Shown here: positions 63,100 to 64,000 of the stretch, in pieces
Layout: every line of letters begins with the position of its first letter
Numbering within the stretch: the stretch's first letter is position 1
Assembly (NCBI GenBank): GCA_951406725.2
Contig: OX597824.1
Coordinates: 74,462,001 to 74,526,000, forward strand
Reading direction: 5' to 3'
Length of the DNA: 64,000 bases
Source of the DNA: Octopus vulgaris
Lineage: Eukaryota
Made by a program: the position numbers and the translations under genes
The notes under the pieces: model-generated
Told to the model about the DNA's origin: nothing
Databases searched by the model: none
Seen by the model: the letters and a program-made list of their open reading frames with translations, nothing else

Positions 63100-64000
63100 C
63101 TCGGCCAAATACCGGATTCGTCCCGTAAGCGATAACAGCTGTTCAACATATCTCCACAAGTCAGCCATACTTGGTTAGTTTAGTCTGGCCGTCATCCCGG
63201 ACGCCTCAATGACTCCACGCAAGCACACCATCCATCACGGTCCCCCATGCATGTTCTTAATCCATCAACATTTGCCATTCTACTGCCCTGGAGCAAGTTG
63301 TCCACATAGGTTAGACGTTTTCTTTCCCCTGTTGATTCTTCCTTCAACCGACTGCCATCAGACCAGTTGACACACACGTTCTTCTGGATGCCAGATGCAA
63401 TGATCAGTAATTCTCATTCTTCTCTGCTGAATCGTCTCAATCGCTTTGGATAGATCTCGCTAAAACTGCTCGTTGGTTAAATGACTTCTCCACGTAACAT
63501 TCAGAGCCATTCTTAACATTCAAGGTGGCGAGCTGGCAGAAACGTTAGCACGCCTGGCGAAATGTGTAGCCGTATTTCGTCTGCCGTTACGTTCTGAGTT
63601 CAAATTCCGCCGAGGTCAACTTTGCCTTTCATCCTTTCGGGGTCGATAAATAAAGTATCAGTTACACACTGGGATCGATGTAATCGACTTAATGCGTTTG
63701 TCTGTCCTCTCTGTGTTTAGCCCCTCGTGGGTAGTAAAGAAATAGGTATTTCGTCTGTCGTTATGTTCTGAGTTCAAATTCCGCCGAGGTCGACTTTGCC
63801 TTTCATCCTTTCATGGTCGATAAATCGCACTGGGGTCGATGTAATCGACTTAATCGACTTTGTTCCCTCTGTGTTTAGCCCCTTGTGGGCAGTAAAGAAA
63901 TATATTCTTAACATTCTTGGGTAGCAGCCGCCAATTTGTTTTTCAAAGCTTTTTCGTGAGAGTTAAGTTTCAGTACTGCACAATAAAACTGACTCTACTG
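63100..64000 (-). pseudogene. RTE-like LINE 3' relic split by a SINE dimer (63522-63903)
   Basis: VESVLL...GCYPRMLRMALNVTW..HLTNEQ...LTYVDNL...CMGDRDGW; 13-bp TSD attcttaacattc at 63509-63521 and 63904-63916. Confidence 0.8.

Overview
AT-rich, repeat-saturated animal genomic DNA with one 100-N assembly gap (8334-8433). The SINE families resemble those I recall from octopus, so the source is probably a coleoid cephalopod (inference). No host protein-coding exon could be supported, so the window is intronic or intergenic, and almost every ORF in the supplied track is a microsatellite or SINE artefact. DNA transposon relics: a frameshifted hAT transposase element nested in a hAT MITE, three Tc1/mariner relics, piggyBac, Merlin-like, Tc2/pogo-like and MER1-like MITEs, and four non-autonomous Helitrons, one carrying a piggyBac transposase fragment. 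Retroelement relics: Penelope-like (RT and GIY-YIG), RTE and R4/Dong LINE fragments, a deleted Gypsy LTR element and dozens of tRNA-derived SINEs. Two signals stand out. First, several type-I hammerhead ribozyme motifs of unrelated sequence but shared architecture (CUGANGA core, long AU-rich stem II closed by U.U, GAAAC, palindromic stem III, GUA triplet) sit in short, often fold-back modules next to (TA)n tracts. Second, one SINE forms 2-5-unit concatemers that reuse the same tail-to-internal junction and lie inside a single target-site duplication, suggesting multimerisation at the RNA or reverse-transcription stage. Coordinates were counted by eye and may be off by a few bases.
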